This document shows, one piece after another, positions 9,588-19,810 of a DNA stretch of 56,834 nt. Numbering within the stretch: position 1 is the stretch's first letter; every line of letters starts with the position of its first letter. A program made the translations under genes and the position numbers. The notes under the pieces are model-generated. The model worked only from the letters and a program-made list of their open reading frames with translations. It made no database searches and was not told the origin of the DNA. Origin of the DNA: an uncultured cyanobacterium. Lineage in GTDB: Bacteria; Cyanobacteriota; Cyanobacteriia; Leptolyngbyales; Leptolyngbyaceae. The stretch covers positions 1 through 56,834 of the forward strand of contig CAVYAN010000081.1 in the NCBI GenBank assembly GCA_963766075.1. The letters run 5' to 3'.

Positions 9588-10439
9588 CTAATCCTGCCAT
9601 TTGAGGGTGTCTTGATAGGTCGGTTCGGAAGAGCCTCCGGGTTGATCCGCAGGATTGGTAGAACGGGCGGAACGGGGCGGACTGGAGACGGTCACGGGGG
9701 AAGCAGCGGTCGGGGTGGGATTGGCCAAGGCAGGACTCGCGGGGGCGGCGATCGCAGGAGGTGGACTGGCTGAACTACTGGCATCCGGGGCACTGGCCGC
9801 AGGTTGGGATGCGGTGGTCGGTGGTTTTGTCCCGACTTTAGCCCCGGAGTTTTTGAAAACGCGCTGCCAGCCAATGCCCCCCTGCTGATCGATCAACACG
9901 ACAATTTTTTCCGCTTGCACTTGTTTCGGTGAGCTTGGGACCGATTTGCCCCCCGCACCCGATTTAGGGGGATTAGCATACTCAAGTTTGCAGTCAAAAC
10001 TTTGGCCGGGACGAATGGGCTTGTAGGTGCCATCGCAATCCACCGTCGGGCGATCGCCCAGTTCAGCTTTGAGCGCATCTTGGATCAACGTTTCAATTTT
10101 GGCCATGTTCAACAGGCCAGGAGTATTCGGCACATCCCAAACTACAGAACCTTGGTCATCCCGCTGGGTCACGCCAATGGTGAAGGTGTAGCCCGTGTCC
10201 AGTTCGCCCGTGCATTCAAATCTGGCATCCTTTTTCGGAGTGATTCGGGATGGACAGGTAACGGATTTCAGGGAAATTCCCCCCAAGGTAACCACGTCCT
10301 CCTTGATGGCTTGGGCGATGCCATCACCCTTGAGTCCACCACTACAGGCTGAGATCGCAATACTTCCCAGGATCGTGATGAGCGATCGGCAAGCCCACGG
10401 CTGGATCTTAAAGGTCGGAAGTTGGAAGAGTAGAGCCAT
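9588..10439 (-). CDS. DUF4333-like lipoprotein with Pro/Ser/Ala-rich tail
   Basis: Lipobox AISAC; two repeats with V.CP...F.C and VDC...FDC cysteine pairs. Confidence 0.65.
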   Translation of the reverse strand: MALLFQLPTFKIQPWACRSLITILGSIAISACSGGLKGDGIAQAIKEDVVTLGGISLKSVTCPSRITPKKDARFECTGELDTGYTFTIGVTQRDDQGSVVWDVPNTPGLLNMAKIETLIQDALKAELGDRPTVDCDGTYKPIRPGQSFDCKLEYANPPKSGAGGKSVPSSPKQVQAEKIVVLIDQQGGIGWQRVFKNSGAKVGTKPPTTASQPAASAPDASSSASPPPAIAAPASPALANPTPTAASPVTVSSPPRSARSTNPADQPGGSSEPTYQDTLKWQD

Positions 10440-10594
10440 AGCCTCATGACACTTCAATAAAATTTGTTCCGTCAGCGTAACCAAATATGCCAAAAACCAG
10501 CCCCAAATCATATTAAAAAATATTGATTAATGATGATGATTCATCCACCTCGGACAAATTCCCTAATTGTAGAGCTTGCTCATCACTGGGCCTC

Positions 10595-11686
10595 CTAGCG
10601 TGGATCTTGCAGCCACGTCACCATAATTGTGCCGGTGCCATCGTTGGCAGGCACCAAACTCAGAAAAATCGGCTTACCACTCTTGGGCTGCATTTGGTAT
10701 AAATTGCCCCCGCCGTAGGCCCCCACCGGCGTAATTTTCAACACGGAGGCCACCTGCCCCTGAAGTTGAGACAGAACACCGTCAGGCGCTTGGTTATAGA
10801 TTAGCTTAGCGGCATCGGCACCCGGCTTATCGGGAGCCGCATCAGGATCGGCCCCTGCCTGATAGAAAAAGTCAGGTTGTGCAAACTGAGATTTGCGCGG
10901 CTGGGTCGGGGTCTTGGACTCATCTCCAGTGGGATTATTCGCCCCCGCCAGATCAGTCACCACTTGATAATAGAGACCTGGGGGCTCCACCGCATCCTTC
11001 AGCGCGGCAACATTGGGCACAGGAGCCGATCCCAAGACGTAAATGGTTTGGCCCCCCTCCTGCAACAGGCTCAGGTACTGCGGTCCCGCTTTAGAGGTGA
11101 CAACATAAACTTTAGCCTCACCCTCGTCAGGAGCGGGGGTAATTTCCCACTTTTTAGCCGGCAATTCTTTCTCGAAAAAGGCGGCAACAGCAGCCCGACC
11201 CGCATTGGCCGTGCGACAGGCGTCTTTGCCGTAGCAGCCCGGTTGTGATCCCGGATAGTGGGGGAAAGGTTCTCCGGGCACGGCGGGCTCCTGCCCCGCA
11301 GGGGGCTTGTCCTGGGATTGGGTGAGGGCGATCGCCTCGCGCACCTGCTGGGGGGGAATGGCTTGCTTTTCTTTTTGAGGAATCTGCACTGTGGAAGGCG
11401 TCGGATTGCTCACCTTAGCCAGGGTCGTTTGGGCCTGCTTCAGCAGTTCTGCCTTCGAGAGGGCCTTGGCCCCCGGTTTCGAGGTGGGTAACTGGGTAAT
11501 CCGCACGGGCGCTTTTTTATCCTGGGGAGGCTTTGGTTGCGGTGGCGCATTCAGCGGCGTAAACAGCAAAAATCCGTGCAGTCCCAACACCACCCAAAAA
11601 ATAGGCCGAATCAGGAGTCTTGCCCGTTCCAAAGGCCCCTGAGTAAAGTCCAATTGGGGGAATTTTAAGTTGAGGGTTCTTGTCAT
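10595..11686 (-). CDS. Hypothetical membrane-anchored protein, paralog of 11788-12636
   Basis: TM IRPIFWVVLGLHGFLLFTPL, Pro/Lys-rich linker, C-terminal YGGGNLY...GTIMVTWLQDPR. Confidence 0.75.
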   Translation of the reverse strand: MTRTLNLKFPQLDFTQGPLERARLLIRPIFWVVLGLHGFLLFTPLNAPPQPKPPQDKKAPVRITQLPTSKPGAKALSKAELLKQAQTTLAKVSNPTPSTVQIPQKEKQAIPPQQVREAIALTQSQDKPPAGQEPAVPGEPFPHYPGSQPGCYGKDACRTANAGRAAVAAFFEKELPAKKWEITPAPDEGEAKVYVVTSKAGPQYLSLLQEGGQTIYVLGSAPVPNVAALKDAVEPPGLYYQVVTDLAGANNPTGDESKTPTQPRKSQFAQPDFFYQAGADPDAAPDKPGADAAKLIYNQAPDGVLSQLQGQVASVLKITPVGAYGGGNLYQMQPKSGKPIFLSLVPANDGTGTIMVTWLQDPR

Positions 11687-11787
11687 AATCACTACACGCC
11701 ATTACATCACACGCCATTGCACCGGAGATCGGGATTCCAAAAGTCCTTCTTGAAAAGCCACCCTCCAAAAATCATCTCCAAAAATCA

Positions 11788-12636
11788 TTAGAGCGTTCTG
11801 GGATCCTTTGACCAGACGGCAATAATCGTGCCCAGCCCCACGGTATCGGGGGGCATTTTTGCGGGGAGCAGACTGACATAGACTTCATAGCTACCCTGCT
11901 TGAGATGATAAAGCGCCCCGCCGCCGTACTCGCCGACTTTCTTCATCTCGGAAAACACACCCTTGAGTTCCCCCTGGAATAGGGTTTCGTAAAAATATTC
12001 CGGCGTATCGCCGATCGCATAGGTGGGCGATCCCTTTAATTCTTGCCGCCACTCTGGATCCGCATTCACATCCGTCGCGGGCATAAAGAATTTCTCCGGC
12101 TCCACAAACTGTTCCCGCAAAGCCACATTAGTCGCCGCTGGATCACTGGAGTCCGGGGCCGGCAGATTCGCCAGCACCTCAAATAATTTTTCTTCGGGGT
12201 TAACGGTGCTGGATGGCGTGGCATTGACCGGAGTGTTCGTGGCGCTCGACGCTACCGGTGGTAAATCCGTTGTATTAGCCGTCGGCAGCGTCGTCGGGGT
12301 GCCCGCCTGCACTACGGGCAAGGGAGCACTCCCAGCGCTGCCCGCGGCTGAAGCTTTGGCGACCGTTGTGGTTTTGACTACGGGCTTAGCTCCGGCGGCA
12401 ACCGTCACGGCGGGCTTGGGCAAGGGCTTGGTCAGTCCGGCGGTGGGCACCTGTGTGACTTTCAGCGGATCTTTTTTGTCATCTGCCACCTTGGCTTTTT
12501 CTTCCTGAGGCAGAGGGATAAACATCGCCACCAAGTGTAGCCCCAAGGCCGCAAAGAAAATAGGACGCAGCACCTGTTTTAAGGGTGCAAAAATCGTGGC
12601 GGGCTTTGGCGTTTTGAACGTCAAGGGCATTGTCAT
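11788..12636 (-). CDS. Hypothetical membrane-anchored protein, paralog of 10595-11686
   Basis: TM LRPIFFAALGLHLVAMFIPL, Pro/Thr/Ala-rich linker, C-terminal YGGGALY...GTIIAVWSKDPR. Confidence 0.75.
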   Translation of the reverse strand: MTMPLTFKTPKPATIFAPLKQVLRPIFFAALGLHLVAMFIPLPQEEKAKVADDKKDPLKVTQVPTAGLTKPLPKPAVTVAAGAKPVVKTTTVAKASAAGSAGSAPLPVVQAGTPTTLPTANTTDLPPVASSATNTPVNATPSSTVNPEEKLFEVLANLPAPDSSDPAATNVALREQFVEPEKFFMPATDVNADPEWRQELKGSPTYAIGDTPEYFYETLFQGELKGVFSEMKKVGEYGGGALYHLKQGSYEVYVSLLPAKMPPDTVGLGTIIAVWSKDPRTL

Positions 12637-13021
12637 GGGACTAACCAAAAGAGAGGAAGGGCAATAAAGCAGCACAACTAGAGTTGCAGGACAGTCTGAA
12701 GGATCACGAAATCATGAGAAGGTATCTTAGCGATTTCCACTATGACGTCTTCGATCAACGCTGATACACTCGATCAACACTTACTATATAAATTTACGGA
12801 TGTAACCCTGTAAAACTGGCGTAAAGTTGACGCTATTTTTTAGATAAACTCAAGCTCAGAAAATTTTCCAGAGAATGTCTTAATGCCAAAAATACTTTTA
12901 CATCTTGGTTTTGCGAATGATTTTGATAGCAATACCTTGAAACTTAAAACAATTCCCTGAAAGCAGCTTATAGATAAACAGCTTAATGGAAAAGACTATG
13001 TTTCCAGGCTTCTACCGTGAA

Positions 13022-13095
13022 CTTAATCCGATCTAAACCTAAACCTAATCTAGCCTTAACCTATTCATAACGTCATTTATATTCCGCTCTATGAT
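13022..13095 (+). promoter_or_regulatory. Five-unit Pho-box (SphR) array with candidate -10 elements
   Basis: CTTAATCC 13022, CTAAACCT 13033, CCTAATCT 13044, CTTAACCT 13055, CATAACGT 13066 (exact 11-bp period); TATATT 13078, TATGAT 13090. Confidence 0.75.
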
Positions 13096-13472
13096 TTTTG
13101 CCTGGGATAGGAGAGACCTGATTTTAAAATCCCTAAAGCACCCTGCCAGAGCACCCATAGAACAATCAGCTCGAATTATCATAAATTTTTATGGCGATCC
13201 GGGCAAGTCTTTGCATGAACCAAATTTGATCGAACAAACCCTACCTATCAAAAGCGGATTCCAGGGTCTGATTCCAGGATAGACAACGCCCCATCTGAAC
13301 ATTCGTCGTGGATTATTGCGATGGGAGTGATTGTGCAATGGGGCGATCGCTAAACTTTGAGCACCCCCATTTTGGGGCATCTGGGCAAATAATACAGGGT
13401 AAGCGCTAAAAAAGCAGAGTTTTTTCTAAAATATCCAGAATTAGTGGGTAATAAAATCGTTTCTCCCATGGC

Positions 13473-13501
13473 TTAAACCAAGTTTTAACCATCCTTAACC
13501 A
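13473..13501 (+). promoter_or_regulatory. Pho boxes upstream of pstS
   Basis: TTAAACCA 13473, TTTAACCA 13484, CTTAACCA 13494, matching the PyTTAAPyPy(T/A) consensus. Confidence 0.75.
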
Positions 13502-13656
13502 TTTGTTAGTTTCTCGTTGGTTTTTACTTAACTGCTCCAGATGTAGGGTTGTTATTGTTACAAAAATGAGTAGCGTTGCTCCTGTGAGTTGCGTTGCTGA
13601 CATACGTAACGTTACCCGAACGAGTAACTCATTCTCTGGTTGAGGACAAGGTAGTC

Positions 13657-14706
13657 ATGGTTTTTTCTGCAACTGCGCTTCGTCGCACTGTTACTGCGTC
13701 CGCTCTTACGGCTGCGATCGCGCTGAGTCCCGTACTCACCGCTATTGCTTTTGCGGAATCTTTGGTGGGTGCTGGGGCAACATTCCCCGATTTACTCTAC
13801 AAGCGCTATATTGCTGAATTTCAAAAGAAGAACCCCGGTACGAAAGTCACCTATCAAGCGGTAGGTAGTGGTGCTGGCATTCGGCAAACCATTGCGGGCA
13901 CGGTGGACTTTGGCGGCAGTGATGCAGCCATGACCGATGCCCAGATGAAGGAAGGAAAAGCGGGTGAGCGCGGTGTGATTTTGGTGCCTACGGCAGGCGG
14001 CTCCGTCGTTCCCGTTTACAATCTGCCTGGGGTCTCCAAGCTAAAGCTAGGACGGACGGTTTTACCAGAGATTTTTGCGGGCCGGATCACAAAGTGGAAT
14101 GATCCCAAAATTGTGGCGGATAACCCAGGGGTCAATCTACCGGATAAAACCATTCAAACTGTGGTTCGCGCCGATGGGAGTGGCACGACCTTCGTGTTTA
14201 CCAATCACTTAGCTGCCGTGAGTAGCTACTTCAAAGGCCGTGTGGGTGTGGGTACAGCGCCCAAGTGGACGACCGATCCGCTGAAAGGACGGGGCAACGC
14301 TGGGGTGAGTGCTTCTGTCAAGCAAACGCCGGGTGCCATTGGCTATGTAGAGCAGTCCTTTGCTGAAGCCAACAGCTTGGCCATTGCGGAAGTTCAAAAT
14401 AAGAGCGGCAAATGGTTTGCGCCCTCCTTGGAAGCAACCAACACGGCTGTGGCGGCTCTAAAAATTCCCGATGGCACCTTCCGGGTGTTTGATGGGGATC
14501 CCAGCACGGGCTACCCGATCACTGGGCTGACCTGGATGATGGTGTACAAGAAGTACGACAGTCCAGCTAAGACCCAGGCGATCAAGCAGTGGATCAACTG
14601 GGTGCTAACGGAGGGTCAAGAGTTGAACGATGACCTGAAGTTTGCCCGCATTTCTCCTGCTGATGCGGAACGCGTTCGCAACTACGTCGAAGCCAATGTG
14701 AAGTAA
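13657..14706 (+). CDS. pstS: Phosphate ABC transporter substrate-binding protein PstS
   Basis: Signal peptide; GAGATFP, YQAVGSGAG, DFGGSD, RADGSGTT, GAIGYVE, YPI motifs. Confidence 0.95.
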   Translation: MVFSATALRRTVTASALTAAIALSPVLTAIAFAESLVGAGATFPDLLYKRYIAEFQKKNPGTKVTYQAVGSGAGIRQTIAGTVDFGGSDAAMTDAQMKEGKAGERGVILVPTAGGSVVPVYNLPGVSKLKLGRTVLPEIFAGRITKWNDPKIVADNPGVNLPDKTIQTVVRADGSGTTFVFTNHLAAVSSYFKGRVGVGTAPKWTTDPLKGRGNAGVSASVKQTPGAIGYVEQSFAEANSLAIAEVQNKSGKWFAPSLEATNTAVAALKIPDGTFRVFDGDPSTGYPITGLTWMMVYKKYDSPAKTQAIKQWINWVLTEGQELNDDLKFARISPADAERVRNYVEANVK

Positions 14707-14898
14707 GGTCTACCTCCAACGCTTTCCGTAATGGCAGGGTGGGTGGCTACCCCGCACGGCGAAGTTGAAGCCATGTCTGATGCGCTTCGACTTCGCTCTG
14801 GCCCGCTTCGACTGCACTCAGTCAGACTAAATCCTGAGTGAGTCAACTCGTATGAGTTTTGAAACGTATCTCTAATTTGTGATGTGAGGACTTATTCT

Positions 14899-16722
14899 AT
14901 GTCTCGTTCTATCTTCCAATCATTGTGGCTGACCCCGGTTTTGCTGGGTGCCGCCGTCGTTTCGGCTCATGCTGAGCAACCCGCCGCTCCGGCTGCATCG
15001 GAAACCATGAACCAAGTGATTACCTACGGGGAAAACACCGGGTCCACCCGCATTGGTCAAGTTACATCGGTTTCCCAACTGTCCGATGTCAAGCCCACCG
15101 ACTGGGCCTTCCAAGCGTTGCAATCTCTGGTGGAGCGCTACGGTTGCATCGTCGGTTATCCGGACAAGACCTTCCGGGGCAACCGCGCCTTGACCCGCTA
15201 TGAGTTTGCTGCTGGTTTGAATGCCTGCATGGATCGCGTCAACGAGTTGATCGCCGCAGGCACCGCTGACTTGGTGAAGAAAGAGGACCTAGATACCCTG
15301 AAGCGGATGCAGGAAGAGTTTAGGGCCGAACTAGACGAGCTGCGTGGCAAGGTCGATGGTCTGGAAGCTCGGACTGCAACCTTAGAAAAGCAACAGTTTT
15401 CCACCACCACCAAACTAAACGGTGAAATCATTTTCGGTCTAGCAGGTGTGTTGGGTGAGGATCGCGCGCTGAACACCGACCAATTCCGTCAAATTGATAT
15501 CAACGCAGCGGGCGCACCTAACACCGCAGCGGCAGCGGCAACGGTTAGCAGCTGGCTTCTTTGGCGCGGGTACCACAAAGGTTCGGGATAACACCATCTT
15601 CGCTGATCGCGTTCGCCTCAACCTGGACACCAGCTTCACCGGCAAAGACCGGTTGCGGACTCGTCTACAAGCGCGCAACTTCACCGCGTTTGACAACGGC
15701 GGTACGGCTGGTCAGGGTGTGACAGGGACTGCTCAGTCGCGGTTGGGCTTCGACGGCGTCAGCGGTACCGGTAACTCGGTGGAACTCAGCCGGTTGGAAT
15801 ATCGCTTTCCCTTGGGTAGCCTGATTACGGCGTATGTTGGGGGCGGCACCAACGATGGGTTGGAATTCAACGACATGATCCCGACCCTCAGCCCCTTCGA
15901 GTCCTCGGCACAAGGTTCCTTTACCCGCTTTGGTCGGTTTAACCCGATCTACCGCGTTGGGACGGGTACGGGTGTTACCTTCAACACCAAGTTGGGTAAA
16001 GAGTTCACCATCGGCGAGAAATTCACCCTGTCCCTGGGTTACTTAGTCCCCACGGGAACGGCCCAAAAGCCCGTTCCAAGACGCGGCTGTTCAATGGTAG
16101 CAACGCCGCAATCGCCCAGTTGGTGTTTCAAGCCACGCCCAAGATTGGCATAGGTTTCACCTATGCTCGTGGTTTCTACACGGGTGGTGCTGGGGTTTCT
16201 GGCGGTACGGGTACCCTGTTCGCCAACAACCCATTCAACGGAACCAACACCCAGACGAACTCCTTTGGCATCCAAGCCAACGTAAAGCTAACACCTAAAG
16301 TAGATTTTGGCGGGCTGGGTGAACTATATTGAAGCCAAGGCAACGGCCAATAACATCATTGCCGCCACCGCGTCGCGCAGTCAACCCCACCGTCAACAAT
16401 GGCGATAATGCCAAGATTTGGTCTTGGTCCGTGGGCTTGGCCTTCCCCGACCTTGGCAAGGAAGGCAGCTTGGGCGGGCTGATCTTTGGCATGCCTCCCA
16501 AGGTGACGGATCGAACGAGTATGGCCGCTCGTGATGCAGCGGCTACGGCTCCGCTCCGCCAAGACGACGACACCTCCTACCACCTGGAAGGGTTCTATCG
16601 CTATAAACTGAGCGATAACCTTTCCATTACGCCTGGTTCTGGTGGTGATCTTTAACCCCGAGAGACAACAACCACAACGACAACATTTCGTGGGCACAAT
16701 TCGCACCACGTTTAACTTCTAG
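14899..16722 (+). CDS. SLH-domain cyanobacterial porin (SomA/OprB-like), broken by several frameshifts
   Basis: QVTSVSQLSDVKPTDWAFQAL, TRYEFAAGLNAC, FSTTTKL, RVRLNLDTSFTGKD, RFGRFNPIY, terminal IRTTFNF*; pieces in ORFs 14884, 15494, 16120 and 16329. Confidence 0.85.
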
Positions 16723-16889
16723 ATTCGGACCACTGGATTTAGGACTCGATTTCTCACACCTCAAATCACCGGGGTGCCCTAGCTAGCGCTGGGGTGCCCC
16801 ATTCCTATCAAAGCTCGAATTCTCAAACGCACAAGATTCTTAAACGCACAAGATTCTCTCAAACGCCCTATTAACCGCTGGGATTGCCC

Positions 16890-17876
16890 ATGAGTTCTGC
16901 TGAACGGACTGCTCATCACCGCTCACCCGCCGATTTAGCGATCGCCGCCGAAATTTTATCCCCCGGACGCGGCGGCGCTTGGCTGGCCGAAGGGTTTACC
17001 TGGCTGACCCAGGCGATCGCCTTCGGCTCCGTGCTGCTGTTGGGCTGGATCGCTTGGGTGATTTTCCAAAAGGCCCAACCCGCTATTCAACAGTACGGCC
17101 TCGGCTTTCTCGCCAGCACCGATTGGGATCCCGCCAACCTGCAATTTGGGGCCTTGGTCTACATCTATGGCTCCCTGGTTACCGCAGCGATCGCCCTCGT
17201 GATTGCTATCCCCGTCGGCCTTGCCGTGGCGCTGATCACCAGCGAAACCATCTTGCCCGCCTGGGTGCGATCGCCCATCGGATTCCTCGTCGAACTGATC
17301 GCGTCCATTCCCAGTGTAATCATTGGCTTCTGGGGCATTTTTGTGTTTATTCCCCTCTTCCAGCCCGTGCAGGTTTGGCTGTATCAGCAATTCGGCTGGC
17401 TGCCCCTGTTTAGCACCGATCCCGCTGGACCCAGCACGCTCCTGGCCGGGATAATTCTGGCAATTATGATTCTGCCCACCATCGCCGCGATCGTCCGCGA
17501 CGTCCTGCGCGCCATTCCTCAGGATCTGCGCACTGCCTCCATGGCCCTAGGGGCCACCCGCTGGGAAACTATCTTTTCCATTTTGCTGCCCGCCAGTGTC
17601 TCCGGCATTCTCGGTGCCGTCATGTTGGCCCTGGGTCGTGCCCTTGGCGAAACCATGGCCGTCACGATGGTGATTGGCAACTCCGACACAATCAAAGCGT
17701 CCCTCATCGCCCCCGGCAATACGATCCCCGCCCTCCTCGCCAACCAGTTTCCCGAAGCCCTCGAAGACCTGCACATTGGCGCGTTGATGTACCTCGCGCT
17801 GATTCTGTTCATTCTGACGCTTGTGGTTAACCTATCGGCGGTGTGGTTGGTGCAAGCGCTGACGAAGCGGAGCTAG
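16890..17876 (+). CDS. pstC: Phosphate ABC transporter permease PstC
   Basis: ELIASIPSVIIG, ALGATRWET, LALGRALGETMAVTMVIGN. Confidence 0.95.
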   Translation: MSSAERTAHHRSPADLAIAAEILSPGRGGAWLAEGFTWLTQAIAFGSVLLLGWIAWVIFQKAQPAIQQYGLGFLASTDWDPANLQFGALVYIYGSLVTAAIALVIAIPVGLAVALITSETILPAWVRSPIGFLVELIASIPSVIIGFWGIFVFIPLFQPVQVWLYQQFGWLPLFSTDPAGPSTLLAGIILAIMILPTIAAIVRDVLRAIPQDLRTASMALGATRWETIFSILLPASVSGILGAVMLALGRALGETMAVTMVIGNSDTIKASLIAPGNTIPALLANQFPEALEDLHIGALMYLALILFILTLVVNLSAVWLVQALTKRS

Positions 17877-17921
17877 AGAAAGCTGAAAATTAAGCTAAAA
17901 ATTAAAAATGCAAAATTAAAA

Positions 17922-18788
17922 ATGCCTCCATCCTCCACTGATCTTACGGCTCCTCTGTCTCCACAGCGATCGCTGTTCACAACGGCCATGACAGCGATCG
18001 CGCTCCTGCTGTCTACCCTAGCGCTGCTGCCGCTGTTGTCCATTCTGATTGAAATTCTGCGGCGGGGCCTTCCTGGCTTAAATTGGGATGTTTTTACGGC
18101 ATTGCCTGCGCCCGTGGGCATGGAAGGTGTCAAGAACGGATTTGCCAATGCCATTTTGGGAACGGTGACCATGGTGGGACTGGGGACAGTCCTGAGTATT
18201 CCCATCGGCATTCTCACCGCCGTCTATTTGTCAGAGTTTGGCAAGCAAAAGCCCTTGGCACAGACCGTACGATTTGTCGTGAAAATCCTGAGTGCAGTGC
18301 CTTCCATCGTTGTAGGCGTCTTTGCTTATGGGGTAATTGTAATTACGTTTCGAGCGTTTTCGGCCTTGGCGGGTGGCTTTGCCCTCGCGGTAATCATGAT
18401 TCCCATCATCACCCTGGCTACGGAAGAAGCGATTAAGCTGGTGCCCATGGCCCAACGATTAGCGTCGGCAGGATTGGGGGCAAATCCCATGCAGACAACG
18501 TTTAAGGTAGTGATTCCGGCGGCTTTACCTGCGATTACCACGGCAATTTTGTTGGCGGTGGCTCGAGCGGCGGGAGAAACGGCCCCGCTAATTTTTACGG
18601 CCTTATTCAGCCAAAACTTTCCCGATGGCCTCTTGGAGCCGACGGCATCTCTGCCTGTGTTGATTTATAACTACGCCAGTTCGGCGTTCCCTGAACAGAA
18701 TCAACTGGCTTGGAGTGCCTCAGTCATTTTGCTGGGACTCGTTTTAGTCGGGATCATCGTTTCCCGCCTAGTTACCCAAAAACGCTAA
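17922..18788 (+). CDS. pstA: Phosphate ABC transporter permease PstA
   Basis: AVYLSEF, PSIVVGVFAY, ARAAGETAPLIFT. Confidence 0.95.
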   Translation: MPPSSTDLTAPLSPQRSLFTTAMTAIALLLSTLALLPLLSILIEILRRGLPGLNWDVFTALPAPVGMEGVKNGFANAILGTVTMVGLGTVLSIPIGILTAVYLSEFGKQKPLAQTVRFVVKILSAVPSIVVGVFAYGVIVITFRAFSALAGGFALAVIMIPIITLATEEAIKLVPMAQRLASAGLGANPMQTTFKVVIPAALPAITTAILLAVARAAGETAPLIFTALFSQNFPDGLLEPTASLPVLIYNYASSAFPEQNQLAWSASVILLGLVLVGIIVSRLVTQKR

Positions 18789-18921
18789 ACCACCCCGGTA
18801 ACCCGCACCGATCGCCTTTCCTCTATCGCCTTTCCTCCATTGCTCGCCACACCCCCATCTATTCTGAACCGCCGCCCGCCGAAATCTAAACTCTAAAATC
18901 TAAACGTCTCCTTCTGAACCT

Positions 18922-19764
18922 ATGCCCTTTGAACCTATGCTGCCCAAACCCTCTCATGCGGTTGCTAACCCTAGCCAGAGCGCGATCGCCAATGCCCCCG
19001 TGGCCATGCGGGCACAGAATTTGTCGTTTTACTATGGGGCACGTAAAGCCATTGAAGGCGTCACCTTAAATATCTATCAGCATCAGGTTACGGCAATTAT
19101 TGGGCCTTCGGGGTGTGGTAAGTCTACTTTTATTAAGGCACTGAATCGGATTAGCGAATTGGAAAGCGTCACCCGCATTGATGGTCAAGTGGAGTTTTTT
19201 GGACAGGATATTTACCATCCTCGCGTCAATCTCAATCAATTGCGGCGGCAGATTGGCATGGTGTTTCAAAAGCCCAATCCCTTTCCCATGAGCATTTATG
19301 ACAATGTGGCTTACGGGGTCCGGGTGTTTAGCCGTCCGGGGCGATCGGCGTTGGATGCGGTGGTGGAATCAGCCCTGCGGGGCGCGGCCCTGTGGGATGA
19401 AGTCAAAGATAATTTGGGCAAGTCGGCCTTGGGGTTATCGGGGGGACAGCAGCAGCGGTTGTGCATTGCCCGCGCCCTCGCCGTGAAGCCCAAAGTCTTG
19501 CTGATGGATGAACCCTGTTCGGCCTTAGATCCCATCGCCACGATGAAAATCGAGGAGTTGATTGATTCCCTGCGGCAGGAATTGACGATCGCGATCGTCA
19601 CCCACAATATGCAGCAGGCTTCTCGCATTTCCAATTTCACCGCGTTTTTTAGTACGGATGAAAGCCGCATTGGTCAATTGGTGGAATTTGGCGAAACCTC
19701 CCAGATTTTTCTGCATCCGACCCAGACACGCACCCAAGACTATGTGGCGGGGCGGTTTGGCTGA
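18922..19764 (+). CDS. pstB: Phosphate ABC transporter ATPase PstB
   Basis: [36 protein letters not shown], terminal GRFG. Confidence 0.96.
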   Translation: MPFEPMLPKPSHAVANPSQSAIANAPVAMRAQNLSFYYGARKAIEGVTLNIYQHQVTAIIGPSGCGKSTFIKALNRISELESVTRIDGQVEFFGQDIYHPRVNLNQLRRQIGMVFQKPNPFPMSIYDNVAYGVRVFSRPGRSALDAVVESALRGAALWDEVKDNLGKSALGLSGGQQQRLCIARALAVKPKVLLMDEPCSALDPIATMKIEELIDSLRQELTIAIVTHNMQQASRISNFTAFFSTDESRIGQLVEFGETSQIFLHPTQTRTQDYVAGRFG

Positions 19765-19810
19765 GGGGCAGCCTGCTTTCTACCGTTAGTCTACCGATAG
19801 CTGAGAACGT

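Noticed and set aside
14899..16722. Porin frameshifts as phase variation or true pseudogenisation
   Set aside because: Single-base indels also hit porin 2, pstC2, pstA2, the CBCR kinase and the left-end ABC gene, some at homopolymers, while motifs remain intact. Consensus error is the simpler explanation; read mapping is needed to exclude real lesions.
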